DNA of 37,027 nt from the NCBI GenBank assembly GCA_050261575.1, contig JBLNDL010000042.1, forward strand, positions 62,001 to 99,027. The letters run 5' to 3'. The stretch's first letter is position 1, and each line of letters starts with the position of its first letter. Under the pieces are notes generated by a model. The model was not told the origin of the DNA. It searched no databases and worked only from the letters and a program-made list of their open reading frames with translations. Shown one piece after another: positions 24,717-34,003 of this stretch. Source of the DNA: Sphingomonadaceae bacterium. GTDB taxonomy: Bacteria; Chloroflexota; UBA6077. The translations under genes and the position numbers were made by a program.

Positions 24717-26164
24717 CAGCGTGAGACCTCCGACGCCTCGACTGGGCTATCCGCCCCAATGTCATCCAGTGGCCACGAGTGGTTCTGAACGAGCGGCACC
24801 GTAACTCGGGCGATCGTTCCGTGTCCCGGGGTCGAGTGAATCGATATCGAGCCCCCTAGCCGCGCAGCGCGTTCCCGCATCGTCGTCAGGCCGAGCCCTC
24901 CCTCGTCGGCACCGCTTGGATCGAAGCCCCTTCCATTGTCGGAGATGGTCATCTCCACCACCCCATGCGTGGCTCGCAGACCGATCTCCACCGATGTGGC
25001 TTGGGCGTGCTTCAGCGCGTTGTTCAGCGCCTCCTGCGCTATTCGATAGAGCCCCTCCTCCACCGACGAATGGAGTTCCAGAGTGCCCTCGACGTGCATC
25101 CGGGCATCCATGCCCGACCGCCTCTCGACGGCGTCGAGCCTGCGCTGCAAGGAGACCACCAGCCCTTCCTCCGCCGGTCCCAACGGACGCAACTCGTACA
25201 GCAGCAACCGCATCTCCTTCAGGGCCTGCTGGGCGGTCTCGCCGAGCCTTTCGAGGTACTGCAGGGCCTCCGTGATCCGTCCGGTCGTCATCATCTGGCG
25301 AGCCGCTTCGGCCAGGAGCATCTCGCTGTAGGTGAGCTGTGTAACCGAGTCGTGGAGTTCGCTCGCCAGCCGGTGCCTCTCCGCCAACGTCGCCTTGTCC
25401 TGGGCCTCCGCAAAGAGGCGAAGGTTCTCGACCGCGCCCCCGATGTGCTCGCTGACGGCCGTCAGAAGTGCGGTCTCGTCGGTGCTGAACGGCCGGTCCG
25501 ACGGACGGAACAGGCATAGCGTTCCCACCACCTGCCCCTTGCTCCGGATTGGCAGCGCGACTTGGGCCAGTCCGCCCGCTCGGCGGACCGCAGGGCGGGT
25601 TCGGCCGTCCGACGAGAGACTCCCAGTCCCCCTGCACTCCTCGCTACCCCACTCCCCGCGGCCGCACTCCCCAAACGGCAGTGATTCCCCCATTGGGGCA
25701 GCGAGCGTGCAGAGAGGTTTGCAGGATGCGCTCTCTGGGGCCACGACGCTCAGCCTCCCGTACGTCGGATCGCGGAGTTGGATGGCTCCTGCCACGCTGT
25801 CGAGGGCAGTGACGATCCGGTCCAGGGAGCGCTGCAGCATCACCTGGACGTCGAGGCAGCCACCCACGACGGCGGCGACCTCGTACAGCGTCTTGAGCTG
25901 GAGCATGCGCTCGGACATGCGCTGCTCCAGTTGAGCCACCAACTGTTGGCTTTCCGCCACTCGCTGGCGCAGTTGGCTCTGCAGCCTCGCCCGCTCGACA
26001 TCCGCCGACTTGCGTCTTGCCCGATCCCCTATCAGCCTCGGCAGCAGCAGGCCGGCCGCGACGAGTAGGGTCAGCGGTCGGCACCTGCCCACGCCCGTTA
26101 GAAGAGCCCAGGCGCGCGCTAGTTTCACGCCGAAGAGGGGGATCACGTGCGCTCCCACAGCCAC
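24716..26164 (-). CDS. GAF-containing sensor histidine kinase, HisKA_3 type (start uncertain)
   Basis: ERHRLASELHDSVTQ, YRIAQEALNNALKHAQA, DNGRGF, GLGLTTMRERA. TGATG overlap with the response regulator start. Confidence 0.9.
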   Translation of the reverse strand: MAVGAHVIPLFGVKLARAWALLTGVGRCRPLTLLVAAGLLLPRLIGDRARRKSADVERARLQSQLRQRVAESQQLVAQLEQRMSERMLQLKTLYEVAAVVGGCLDVQVMLQRSLDRIVTALDSVAGAIQLRDPTYGRLSVVAPESASCKPLCTLAAPMGESLPFGECGRGEWGSEECRGTGSLSSDGRTRPAVRRAGGLAQVALPIRSKGQVVGTLCLFRPSDRPFSTDETALLTAVSEHIGGAVENLRLFAEAQDKATLAERHRLASELHDSVTQLTYSEMLLAEAARQMMTTGRITEALQYLERLGETAQQALKEMRLLLYELRPLGPAEEGLVVSLQRRLDAVERRSGMDARMHVEGTLELHSSVEEGLYRIAQEALNNALKHAQATSVEIGLRATHGVVEMTISDNGRGFDPSGADEGGLGLTTMRERAARLGGSISIHSTPGHGTIARVTVPLVQNHSWPLDDIGADSPVEASEVSR

Positions 26165-26444
26165 GCCGAGAGGTCACGGCGCCGGTGCTACCGAGGAAAC
26201 CGGTAGCAGGATCCACAGCAACTATCAATCAGTTTATCTTCAAGACTCATGCCATTAGCTCACTCTTTCTCGCGTATCTGCCTTCTGCCAAGCGGGTTCT
26301 CTGTCGAGATGTCCTCCATCCCAGCGAAAGCCTTCCTGCCGCCTGGCCACCGTCCCCGCAACTGCCGTCACCAGTAGGCACAATTGCCTACGGGCGTTCG
26401 CCGGTTCGTAAGCATCAATGCGGTCGTGCCACTGCACGGACGCG

Positions 26445-26467
26445 CCTTTCTGCCGATGGGCGGATGC
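26445..26467 (+). promoter_or_regulatory. Putative regulator site, copy 2 (TCTGCC-N4-GGCGGA)
   Basis: CCTTTCTGCCGATGGGCGGATGC, a near-palindrome upstream of the exported-protein operon. Confidence 0.45.
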
Positions 26468-26683
26468 ACGCTCCTACGGATGCACCTTGGGGGGGCGCTG
26501 CCGGATAATCCCGGCTGACGCTCTATACAGGGACGATTACCCAGGCTAAGCAGGTAGCTCGCATTAGAGTACCCGTATCCCGCCTGAGCCGTTGTCATGA
26601 ATTAGAGATACCTGCTGCGTGTAGCTAAAGGCCGGCCGCATCTGGCATCGCTCTGGTTCAGGTTCGGCTGCCCAAAGGGATAG

Positions 26684-28828
26684 ATGACCATGTACACATC
26701 GCGGACGAGTTCCCGACGCCCGTCGGGCATCTACTTGCTTCCCCTGCTGCTCCTACTCTCTGTTATCGCGCCTGGCGGGGTGGAGGGTAGTGACGCTCCA
26801 CCCCAGTTGGATGCCCAGCAGCTTGCCACCACCGAACCAGGCACCCCGTCGTCCACGCCGAGCCCACCGCCGACCGCGACCACGACGGCGGAGACGGCCA
26901 TCGCAACGCAGACTGCGACCACCTCGATCCATCCTACCGCCAGCCCGACCGTGACTCCGACCGAGACGCCGACGCCAACGGCCACCGTCTCCTCGACCAC
27001 GCCAACGCCGACACCAACCGGAACTCTCACGGCCACACCCACAGCCACCGCGACGGGAACCCCAACGCCAACCGTGACGGCCTCTCCGACCGTGCCGAAG
27101 TCGGCCGTCCCCAACGACGATTTCGACGCTGCGACCGAGATCGGAAGCCTCCCGTTCACCGGTGAGCAGAACGTCGTGGGCGCGACAGTGGCGCCCGACG
27201 ATCCCGATCTGGGGGCAGTCTCGTCCACCGTGTGGTACCGGTTCGTGGCGCCCGCCTCCGGCTCGGTACACGCCCACACCTTCGGTAGCGACTACGACAC
27301 GGTGCTCGCCGCCTTCCGGGGCTCGCGCGGGGCCCTGACGTTGCTCGACCTGAACGACGATCAGACGAGCGCCAACCGGCAGTCCGAGATCGCCTTCAAC
27401 GTCGAGGGCGGAGTCACCTACCACATCGAGGTGTCCGAGTGGGGGACATCCGGAGCCGGAGGACGCCTGCGCCTCACGGTCGAACACAGCACGACCTCGT
27501 TGCCACCCACCAGCACGCCGGGGACTTACATTCCCTGGGACCCGACCGCCACCCCGACGCCGTCAGCCACAAGCGGCCCGGCACCTGGCAACGACGATAT
27601 GAACTCGGCGACGACTATCGGCTCCATACCGTTCGTCTCCACGGTCGACACCACGGGCGCGACCAGGGCTGCGGACGACCCATCGATGGGTGCGGGGGCC
27701 GGCGTCAACTCCGCCACCGTGTGGTACGTCCTCTCCGTCCAGACCGCGACGACGGTAAGGGTCCACACGCTTGGGAGCAACTACGACACGGTCCTGGCGG
27801 TCTTCACCGGCACCAGGGGCAGCCTCGTCCTGGTTGCCAGCAACGACGATGCGTCCCAGGGCGTCGTCCAATCCGACCTCACGTTTGCGGCTCTGCCGGG
27901 AACGACCTACTACCTCGAGGTGGCGCGATACGGATCGGCGGGTGGCGGCCAGTTGCGGCTGGAGGTGACGCCCATCGATGGCGCCGTCCCTACGCCCATC
28001 GGCACGGCCGTTCCTTTCACGGCTGCGCCGTTCGGCACGCCAGCCGTCCAGGGTCCCGTTCCGCACGACGACCGCTACTTCCGAGAGACCGGTTTTCGGA
28101 TCGATGAGGATAGATTCTGGGACTACTTTCTGCGGCGCGGGGGCGTACGCAACTTCGGATACCCCGTCTCTCGGACCTTTCCCTTCCTCGGCTTCCGTGT
28201 CCAGTTCTTCCAGCGAGGGATTCTCCAACTGAAGCCCGATGGGAGTGTCGCCACGATGAACCTCCTAGAGGAAGGGCTCATGCCCTACGAACGGATCAAC
28301 GGCACCACTCTCCCCAGGCCGGACAAAGCACTGATCGATGGCGCCCCACTGCCGGTCACCCCCGATTATGGCGACAGGGCCATCGCCTTCGTCTGGCAGC
28401 ACGTGCCCGATCAGTGGGAGGGGATGAACGTGAGATTCCTCAAGACGTTCCTCTCCACCGTCACCTACGAGGACGCCTACCCCAGGCACGACGGAGAGTC
28501 GGCCCTCGTGCCATTGCTGAACCTGGAACTGTGGGGATTGCCGACCAGCCGGCCGTCGAAGGACCCCGCGAACAGCCAGTTCGTGTACCAGAGGTTCCAG
28601 CGCGGCATCCTTCACTACGATGCCAGCACCGGTGCCACCCAGGGGCTTCTGCTGGCCGACTACCTGAAGTCCATCATCATCGGGGAAAGGCTTCCGCCAG
28701 ACCTGGAGGAGCAGGCTCGGGCGAGCCGCTTCTTCAGGCAGTACGACCCGACCAGGCCAGGTCACGTCGCGAGACCTCAGGAGCTACCGGGCACCAACCT
28801 GGTGGGCGCCTTCGACGCAGACTTCTAG
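26684..28828 (+). CDS. Exported surface protein: signal peptide, Thr/Pro linker, two PPC-like beta-sandwich repeats and a C-terminal FQR/LGFP-like putative anchoring domain
   Basis: Hydrophobic N-terminus and T/P-rich stretches. Two copies of NDD..AT.IGS.PF..GAT..DDP..TVWY..HT.GS.YDTVLA.F.G..NDD..QS..TY..EV. C-terminal RYFRETG, FGYPVSR..VQFFQR and WGLPTSR..QRFQR. Confidence 0.8.
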   Translation: MTMYTSRTSSRRPSGIYLLPLLLLLSVIAPGGVEGSDAPPQLDAQQLATTEPGTPSSTPSPPPTATTTAETAIATQTATTSIHPTASPTVTPTETPTPTATVSSTTPTPTPTGTLTATPTATATGTPTPTVTASPTVPKSAVPNDDFDAATEIGSLPFTGEQNVVGATVAPDDPDLGAVSSTVWYRFVAPASGSVHAHTFGSDYDTVLAAFRGSRGALTLLDLNDDQTSANRQSEIAFNVEGGVTYHIEVSEWGTSGAGGRLRLTVEHSTTSLPPTSTPGTYIPWDPTATPTPSATSGPAPGNDDMNSATTIGSIPFVSTVDTTGATRAADDPSMGAGAGVNSATVWYVLSVQTATTVRVHTLGSNYDTVLAVFTGTRGSLVLVASNDDASQGVVQSDLTFAALPGTTYYLEVARYGSAGGGQLRLEVTPIDGAVPTPIGTAVPFTAAPFGTPAVQGPVPHDDRYFRETGFRIDEDRFWDYFLRRGGVRNFGYPVSRTFPFLGFRVQFFQRGILQLKPDGSVATMNLLEEGLMPYERINGTTLPRPDKALIDGAPLPVTPDYGDRAIAFVWQHVPDQWEGMNVRFLKTFLSTVTYEDAYPRHDGESALVPLLNLELWGLPTSRPSKDPANSQFVYQRFQRGILHYDASTGATQGLLLADYLKSIIIGERLPPDLEEQARASRFFRQYDPTRPGHVARPQELPGTNLVGAFDADF

Positions 28829-28857
28829 TGGAGCAGATCTCAAAGGAGGGCAGACGA

Positions 28858-31800
28858 ATGAGACGAAAGTGGGCCGCGATCGCCATAGCCATGCTGCTCG
28901 TGGCACAGGTTTCCGGCGCACCTCTGCCTGTGCCCGGCGCGGGCAAGCCTCCACCTGCCTCCGCGCAGGCCGCGACCACGAACACGATCAAGCTCAGGGT
29001 AACCAGTGCAAGGACGGAGCCCAAGGCTGGGGTCCAGAAGGGTGACCCGATCACAGACTACAGATTCCTCATCAACGTCGACAACACAGGCGATCCCTTC
29101 GACGAGACAGCCTGCAACCCCTTCCTGGACGAGGCGATGACCCAGCGCAACCCCAACTACCCAGACGGTTGCGACCTGCCGTCGATTCGGACTGTTCCAG
29201 CTTGGTCTCCGATCTACACGCAGGGTGGGGCAAGCGACCTCAACGAGACCACCACGATGACGCTGACCCCAGGCAAGTACCTCATCTCCGTGGAGGCCGA
29301 GGGGTACAAGATGGATGGCGAACACTTCACCATCCCGATGCCGGACCCCGACGGCGATGGCGTCGGCCTCGTAGAAGTGCAGATGCATCCCCTGCCCTTG
29401 CCCCCGGCCACCATGGTGATCAAGGTCTTCGAAGATGTCTCGATGACCAACGGCCAGTTCGACGGGCCGGTGGAAGACGGGCTGGCGGGTTTCCGAGCCA
29501 GTCTCAACGACATCGCGGGTGAGATCACCACCGACCTGTTCGGCAACCCACTGTGCACGCAGTACGAGAAGGACGCAGCGGGAAACGTAGTGCTCAACCC
29601 AGATGGGACCCCGCAGGTCAAGTCGCTCGGGAACGGCTGCTACAGCGACTCCGAGGGGATCATCACTATCCCCAATATCGGCCCGCTCCGGTACGACGTG
29701 CTGGTGTTCCCACCCGCCGGCCAGCAATGGATCCAGACTACCACCCTGGAGGGCTCGCAGGGTTGGGACACCTGGCTCCAGGAGGCTGGCACGGGGCTGG
29801 ACAACGAGTTCGTCGTGGCCGGAGAGCCCTTCCCGTGGACGATCTTCGGCTTCGTCAAGCCCAAGACCCCTGACCTCGGCGGGACGGGCTCGATCAAGGG
29901 CGTCATCATGGCCTCCGCCACCTTCTTCCCATCCGAGGGAGGGCTCCCCTACCAGGGACGGATTTTCGGTGGCCTGGCCGGCACCAAGACATTCCGACCG
30001 ATCAACAGGCCGTGGCTAGCCTTGAACGACCTGCAGCAGGGCGACACCGCCGTGTGGGTCGGGCAGGGCAACCCCGATGGCAGTTTCAACATCCCGAACG
30101 TCCCGCCGGGCAACTACTTCTTGACCTACTGGGACGAGAAGCAGCACTTCATTCTGGACTTCGTCCAGGTGACGGTGGAAGCCGGCAAGACAACCGACGT
30201 CGGGGTTCGCACCATCTCCGGCTGGTTCACCGAGATCTCGGGGACCGTTTTCCACGATTACAACGAAAACGGGAAGCGAGACACGGGTGAGCCGGGGATC
30301 CCCAACTACACTGTGGTGCTGAAGGATCGGGACAACACCCAGATCGACCGCATGTCGGTCGCCGCGCTTACCGACGGCAACGGTTTCTACGAACTCGAGA
30401 AGGGCTACCCCATGGGCTCCTGGATGGTGCTGGAAGCCTACAGCGACCTGCACCGCACCACGGGGGTCACCTACCAGACACTCAACATGCCTGAGGAGGT
30501 GACCCTGAAAGACGCCGTCGTCGACCTGGGCATACTCCCAATCCTAGGCCAGCCGGTCAGGGTAGATTGGGGCGTGAAGCCTTACGGTCCCGACGAGAAC
30601 GGCGGAATCGGGGGCACGGTCTACTACGATACCGTCCGGGCTGAGGACAACGCCCGCTACGCCGGGGCCGAACCGTGGCAGCCCGGCATTCCCGGCCTCA
30701 CCGTGAACCTCTATGCCGCACAGGTCGACGCCTTCGGAGTCCCGATGAAGGCGCCCGACGGCTCCCTAGCCAAGGGCCAGCTCCTGGCTACTACGGTGAC
30801 CGAGACCTACGAGCGCCCCAAAGGATGCCAGCCGCGGGACGTCGACGGCAATCCCATGGACTTCCCGGCGGTGCCTCCGGCGGGATCGAACAAGGACTGC
30901 CTGGAAGCCCCTCTCATGGGAACACAGGTCGGGAACGGGCAGAACCCTCTGGACGGCAACTGGGGCTTCTCGGAGATCATGTTCAACCCAGACGGTTCCC
31001 TCATACCGGAGGGTAGCCGGCCCACGCTGCCGCCGGGCAACTACCTGGTGGAGGTCGTCATCCCCAACGACAAGTCCGGCAAGCCCATGTTTCAGGTGAC
31101 GCGGGAAGAGGACCTGAACGTATTCGACGGAGACGAGTTCGAGCCAGCCATACCTCCGCCGCCATGCGCCGGTCCTCTGCACATCGTGGACATCAAGGGC
31201 GTCGGGCAGGACAACTACCCTGCCAGGACCCTGGACGATGGGACCGTGGTGCCCGCCTCCACGCCGGTGGACAACCCTGCTTTCGCCGCCGCCTACCCCA
31301 GCCGCTACGAGGGACAGGTGATGCCGCTCTGCAACGTCAAGCACGTTGTCCTGCAGAACGGCCGATCGGTGGCACCCATCTTCAACCTCTTCACCGACGT
31401 TCCGATCCCCGGCAGGTGGAAGGGCTACATCATCAACGACTTGAGCCTCTCGGTGAACCCTGCCGAGCTGTTCTTCGGTGAACTGGCGGGGCTGCCCAAG
31501 GTTCCCATCGGCCTGTACGACTACAGCGGTCGCCTGGTGCACACCATTCACTCCGACAGAAACGGCGTGTACGAGGCACTTCTGCCATCCGATGGGACCA
31601 CCAACGCACCATCGCCGAGCGGGATGCTCGCCAACGTCTACTATATCTATGGCAACGATCCTGGTCCTGTGGGCAGGCCGAACCCGACCTACAACCCGCA
31701 GTTCCGCTCCATCGGCACCAGCTTCGAGGTCTACCCAGGCACCATCCTCCCATCGGACCTGGCGCCGGTCCAGAACGGGGCCACCATATTGAGCCCCGGC

Positions 31801-33897
31801 AGCCAATTCGCCCAGCCTTCTCAGTGCAAGCTGGAGCCGACGACTCCGCAGATCTACGCCGTATCCCAACCGTACGTGAGCGGACGCGGCCAGATCACGA
31901 TCTCCGGAACCGGGTTCGGCAGTTCCCCCGGGAAGGTAGTAGTCGGAAAGGCCACCGTCGTGGTGAGGGAGTGGAGCGACCGTAGGATCGTGGCGGAGAT
32001 CAGTGGCCAGACTGGACCGCATCAACTGATCGTGACCGCTGCCAACGGTGAATCCACTCGCAACGGCCTGACGATCCACGTGATCGGCGGAGGCTACGTC
32101 CCGAAGGTGTACGAGGTGGGACCGGGGAAGACCTACGATCCTGCTAACTACGATGGAACGGGCCGAGGTCCCATCCAGCACGCCCTGGACGATGCGTGGG
32201 CGGCCCGTGGCCCGGCGCTAGTCGTCGTCTACCCCGGCAGGCCGGTTCCGATGGTCAACCCACTGGGCGCCTACCTGGAGAATCCGGTGATCTACTCGCC
32301 TGTGAGGCTGCAGGGGGTGGGGCCTGGTGGAACCTATCCGGATGCCGACGCCGTGGCCGGATCCATCATCGATGGGCGCGCGGTCGGCGGCGATAGCCCG
32401 TATTCGGACTGGTGGCGCAAAACACTGATCCCGGACATCTGGAACAACCGCGGAGGATGGGACCGGGGCCTGGTGGACGGTGACGGCAACCCAATGGTCT
32501 ACGAGGGCGCGGTCATCACCGTCTTCGGTGAGAGGAACGAGTTCGTCTCGGGGTTCAACGCGGCGATGATCGACGGGTTCGCAATTCAGGGTGGCGACCA
32601 GCAGGGCTTCCCGAACAACCTGGAACAAATCGGTGGCACTCCCATCCCGGGTGCCCAGCCGGCTGTGGTCACCCAAGGCGGCGGCATCTTCGTGGATGGG
32701 TTTGCTCACTACCTCCAGATTACCAACAACGTGATCCAGGGCAACGGCGGGAGCTACGGCGGAGCCATCCGGCTGGGGACCCCTAACGTGGCGGCACCGC
32801 TCACCGACAACAACAACGACAACATCGTCATCTCCAGGAACCGCATCATCGCCAATGGCGGGACCAACCTGGCGGGGGGGATCGGAGTGTTCGCAGGCTC
32901 GGACAACTACGAGATCTCCTACAACGACCTGTGCGGAAACACCTCGGTCGAGTACGGTGGCGGCATAAGCCACTACGGTTACAGCCCTGGTGGCAAGATC
33001 CACCACAACCGTATCTACTTCAACTCGGCGTACGACGAGGGCGGAGGCATCATGATCGCCGGAGAGCTACCGGCCGATCCGACCAAGCTCTCGCCGGGGG
33101 CCGGCCCCGTCGACATCTACAACAACTTGATCCAGTCCAACCTGTCCAACGACGACGGTGGCGGCCTACGCTTCCTGATGGCGGGCACCTTCACCTACAA
33201 CGTGTACAACAACCTGATCGTGAACAACGTCTCCACCCACGAGGGTGGCGGGATATCCCTGAACGATGCGACGAACGTGCGCATCTTCAACAACACGATA
33301 ATGAAAAACATCACCACCGCCACGGCCATGACCAGCAATGGTCTTCCGGCTCCGGCTGGCCTGTCATCGTCGAGGAACAGCGCGCTGCTTCAGGCCAAGC
33401 TGCCCTCGAACGCCCCGAAGTTCAGCAATCCGGTCCTGTTCAACAACGTCTTCTGGGACAACCGCGCCGGCACCTGGACCGGAGATGGCGTCTCGGGCAT
33501 CGGCCTGCCTGGGGATCCGGCAGCGGTCTTCCACTGGGATCTCGGGCTGGCAGATGGATCGGGTCAGCTCAACCCTCAGTACTGTCTGCTGCAGGTTCCG
33601 TACGGCAACAACGAGACCAACATCGTGGGAAGGAATCCGGCCGTGGTGCAAGAGTACGACACCACGGTGCGGGTCTTCCCATGGCGCGGGAATCCCAACT
33701 TCATCGGCGCCACCATCGTGGCGGTCGATCTGCCGGTGACACTGATGGGGAACTACCGCCTCACCAGCCTGTCGCCAGCCATCGATGTCGGTGCCTCGTG
33801 GGTGTCTGGAACGGCGGCGCCCAGGCAGGACTACGACGATCAATACCGGCCGTTCGGCAGCAAGTATGACCTCGGAGCCGACGAGGTCGTCAAGTAA
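28858..33897 (+). CDS. Large exported protein (1679 aa): SdrD-B-like repeats, IPT/TIG domain, right-handed beta-helix and choice-of-anchor-Q-like C-terminus
   Basis: RBS AAGGAGG and a Sec-type signal MRRKWAAIAIAMLL. ISGTVFHDYNENGKRDTGEPGI, ITISGTGFG..WSD, repeated GGGI..NN.I..N, YRL..SPAID.G..D...RP...DLGADE. The ORF-track start at 28414 is a spurious extension. Confidence 0.85.
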   Translation: MRRKWAAIAIAMLLVAQVSGAPLPVPGAGKPPPASAQAATTNTIKLRVTSARTEPKAGVQKGDPITDYRFLINVDNTGDPFDETACNPFLDEAMTQRNPNYPDGCDLPSIRTVPAWSPIYTQGGASDLNETTTMTLTPGKYLISVEAEGYKMDGEHFTIPMPDPDGDGVGLVEVQMHPLPLPPATMVIKVFEDVSMTNGQFDGPVEDGLAGFRASLNDIAGEITTDLFGNPLCTQYEKDAAGNVVLNPDGTPQVKSLGNGCYSDSEGIITIPNIGPLRYDVLVFPPAGQQWIQTTTLEGSQGWDTWLQEAGTGLDNEFVVAGEPFPWTIFGFVKPKTPDLGGTGSIKGVIMASATFFPSEGGLPYQGRIFGGLAGTKTFRPINRPWLALNDLQQGDTAVWVGQGNPDGSFNIPNVPPGNYFLTYWDEKQHFILDFVQVTVEAGKTTDVGVRTISGWFTEISGTVFHDYNENGKRDTGEPGIPNYTVVLKDRDNTQIDRMSVAALTDGNGFYELEKGYPMGSWMVLEAYSDLHRTTGVTYQTLNMPEEVTLKDAVVDLGILPILGQPVRVDWGVKPYGPDENGGIGGTVYYDTVRAEDNARYAGAEPWQPGIPGLTVNLYAAQVDAFGVPMKAPDGSLAKGQLLATTVTETYERPKGCQPRDVDGNPMDFPAVPPAGSNKDCLEAPLMGTQVGNGQNPLDGNWGFSEIMFNPDGSLIPEGSRPTLPPGNYLVEVVIPNDKSGKPMFQVTREEDLNVFDGDEFEPAIPPPPCAGPLHIVDIKGVGQDNYPARTLDDGTVVPASTPVDNPAFAAAYPSRYEGQVMPLCNVKHVVLQNGRSVAPIFNLFTDVPIPGRWKGYIINDLSLSVNPAELFFGELAGLPKVPIGLYDYSGRLVHTIHSDRNGVYEALLPSDGTTNAPSPSGMLANVYYIYGNDPGPVGRPNPTYNPQFRSIGTSFEVYPGTILPSDLAPVQNGATILSPGSQFAQPSQCKLEPTTPQIYAVSQPYVSGRGQITISGTGFGSSPGKVVVGKATVVVREWSDRRIVAEISGQTGPHQLIVTAANGESTRNGLTIHVIGGGYVPKVYEVGPGKTYDPANYDGTGRGPIQHALDDAWAARGPALVVVYPGRPVPMVNPLGAYLENPVIYSPVRLQGVGPGGTYPDADAVAGSIIDGRAVGGDSPYSDWWRKTLIPDIWNNRGGWDRGLVDGDGNPMVYEGAVITVFGERNEFVSGFNAAMIDGFAIQGGDQQGFPNNLEQIGGTPIPGAQPAVVTQGGGIFVDGFAHYLQITNNVIQGNGGSYGGAIRLGTPNVAAPLTDNNNDNIVISRNRIIANGGTNLAGGIGVFAGSDNYEISYNDLCGNTSVEYGGGISHYGYSPGGKIHHNRIYFNSAYDEGGGIMIAGELPADPTKLSPGAGPVDIYNNLIQSNLSNDDGGGLRFLMAGTFTYNVYNNLIVNNVSTHEGGGISLNDATNVRIFNNTIMKNITTATAMTSNGLPAPAGLSSSRNSALLQAKLPSNAPKFSNPVLFNNVFWDNRAGTWTGDGVSGIGLPGDPAAVFHWDLGLADGSGQLNPQYCLLQVPYGNNETNIVGRNPAVVQEYDTTVRVFPWRGNPNFIGATIVAVDLPVTLMGNYRLTSLSPAIDVGASWVSGTAAPRQDYDDQYRPFGSKYDLGADEVVK

Positions 33898-33934
33898 ACC
33901 GGTCCGCTGCCGGTTCGTATGGCGCCCAACACTG

Positions 33935-33974
33935 CGGTGGTACCGGCACCGAGGTGTCGGTGCCGGTACCACCG
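33935..33974. other. Perfect 18-bp-stem intergenic hairpin
   Basis: CGGTGGTACCGGCACCGA-ggtg-TCGGTGCCGGTACCACCG, with no U-tract. Confidence 0.8.
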
Positions 33975-34003
33975 ACATGTGGAGCAAGAAGAGAGGGGAC
34001 GAC

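Noticed and set aside
28414..28857. 148-codon N-terminal extension of the large protein in the ORF track
   Set aside because: It overlaps the upstream gene in another frame. The AAGGAGG RBS and signal peptide place the start at 28858.
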